Assembly: GCA_029068165.1 (NCBI GenBank)
Contig: JAIEDA010000018.1
Coordinates: 74,065-138,064, forward strand
DNA length: 64,000 nucleotides
Direction of reading: 5' to 3'
DNA from: Clostridia bacterium
Lineage (GTDB): Bacteria; Bacillota; Clostridia; Christensenellales; UBA3700
Shown here: positions 63,569 through 64,000 of the stretch, piece by piece
Layout: each line of letters starts with the position of its first letter
How positions within the stretch are numbered: the stretch's first letter is position 1
Translations under genes and position numbers: made by a program
Notes under the pieces: generated by a model
What the model was told of the DNA's origin: nothing
The model's input: only the letters and a program-made list of their open reading frames with translations
The model's database searches: none

Positions 63569-64000
63569 ATGAAGGTTAATGTTTTAGATATTAAAGCCAA
63601 GAAAGTCGGCGAGCTTGAGCTAAACGAAGCGGTGTTCGGCGTTGAATACAACGAACCTCTTATTCATCAAGTAGCCGTTGCTCAGTTGGCAAATAAAAGA
63701 CAGGGAACAAAATCGACTTTGACCCGTACGGAAGTTAGAGGCGGAGGCAAAAAGCCGTGGCGTCAAAAGGGCACGGGTAGAGCTAGACAGGGAAGTATCA
63801 GGAGTCCGCAATGGACTGGCGGCGGCGTAGTTTTCGCTCCGAAGCCTAGAGATTTCTCGCAAAAGATAAACAAGAAGATGAAGGTTCAAGCTACTCTTTC
63901 GGCTTTGAGCGCAAAGGTAAGCGACAACGATTTTATCGTGTTGGACAAACTTCAACTTCAAGAGGCAAAGACCAAGTATATCGCTCAAATGCTTAAGGCG
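63569..64000 (+). CDS. rplD: 50S ribosomal protein L4 (3' end outside window)
   Basis: Manual translation gives [82 protein letters not shown].... RBS AAAGGAG. The frame is open to the window end. Confidence 0.95.
   Translation, partial: MKVNVLDIKAKKVGELELNEAVFGVEYNEPLIHQVAVAQLANKRQGTKSTLTRTEVRGGGKKPWRQKGTGRARQGSIRSPQWTGGGVVFAPKPRDFSQKINKKMKVQATLSALSAKVSDNDFIVLDKLQLQEAKTKYIAQMLKA

Overview
This 64 kb window looks like a mostly housekeeping chromosomal segment from a spore-forming, moderate-GC Firmicute, probably a Clostridia-type organism. That call rests on gene content: gpr, whiA, rex, ricT/yaaT, Firmicutes-type dnaB-dnaI, and glgBCDAP gene order.

Gene content in order:
- a partial PNPOx/Nim-like gene and a MATE exporter
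- a complete glycogen cluster (glgB-glgC-glgD-glgA-glgP plus a GH13 enzyme)
- murB, a PHP phosphoesterase, whiA, dnaE and ATP-type pfkA
- an accessory-looking stretch at about 21.3-35.3 kb: an M1 lipoprotein peptidase, a DUF1858 protein, two paralogous membrane proteins, two degenerate Fe-ADH-like proteins, queH, XRE-dnaI-dnaB, an ABC-2 exporter, an internally duplicated membrane protein, and a 740-nt non-coding region full of repeats
- rex, greA, a PLP decarboxylase, tmk, holB, ricT and a ferredoxin
- pyrB-C-F-K-D-E, a PNP plus MtaD-like deaminase pair, an ABC-F protein, and an AsnC-type regulator with an aminotransferase
- a 41-aa Ser/Lys/Cys-rich gene, PPi-type pfp, gpr and rpsT
- an 1833-aa membrane-anchored surface protein, then the start of the S10 ribosomal operon

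I found no CRISPR array, tRNA/rRNA gene, transposase, integrase or recognisable defence system.

The observations I rank highest:
1. The giant protein has an adhesin-like ectodomain joined through TM helices to a roughly 400-aa (about 400-480 aa) tail. The tail contains a charged coiled coil and 14 tetrapeptide xVEK repeats, including two exact EKIVEVP units, the motif I recall from alveolins.
2. Lys/Ala/Thr-rich low-complexity tails are appended to three different glycogen enzymes: GlgB (C-terminus), GlgA (N-terminus) and GlgP (C-terminus).
3. A structured repeat family is shared by the 34.7-35.0 kb and 61.98-62.19 kb intergenic regions. There is also a separate family of palindromic elements.
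4. A promoter-to-terminator unit upstream of pfp looks like a C-rich small RNA.
5. The 41-aa Cys-cluster protein sits behind a sigma-G-like promoter.
6. The tandem Fe-ADH-like genes lack the canonical motifs.

All functional calls come from reading motifs by eye. No database search was possible.
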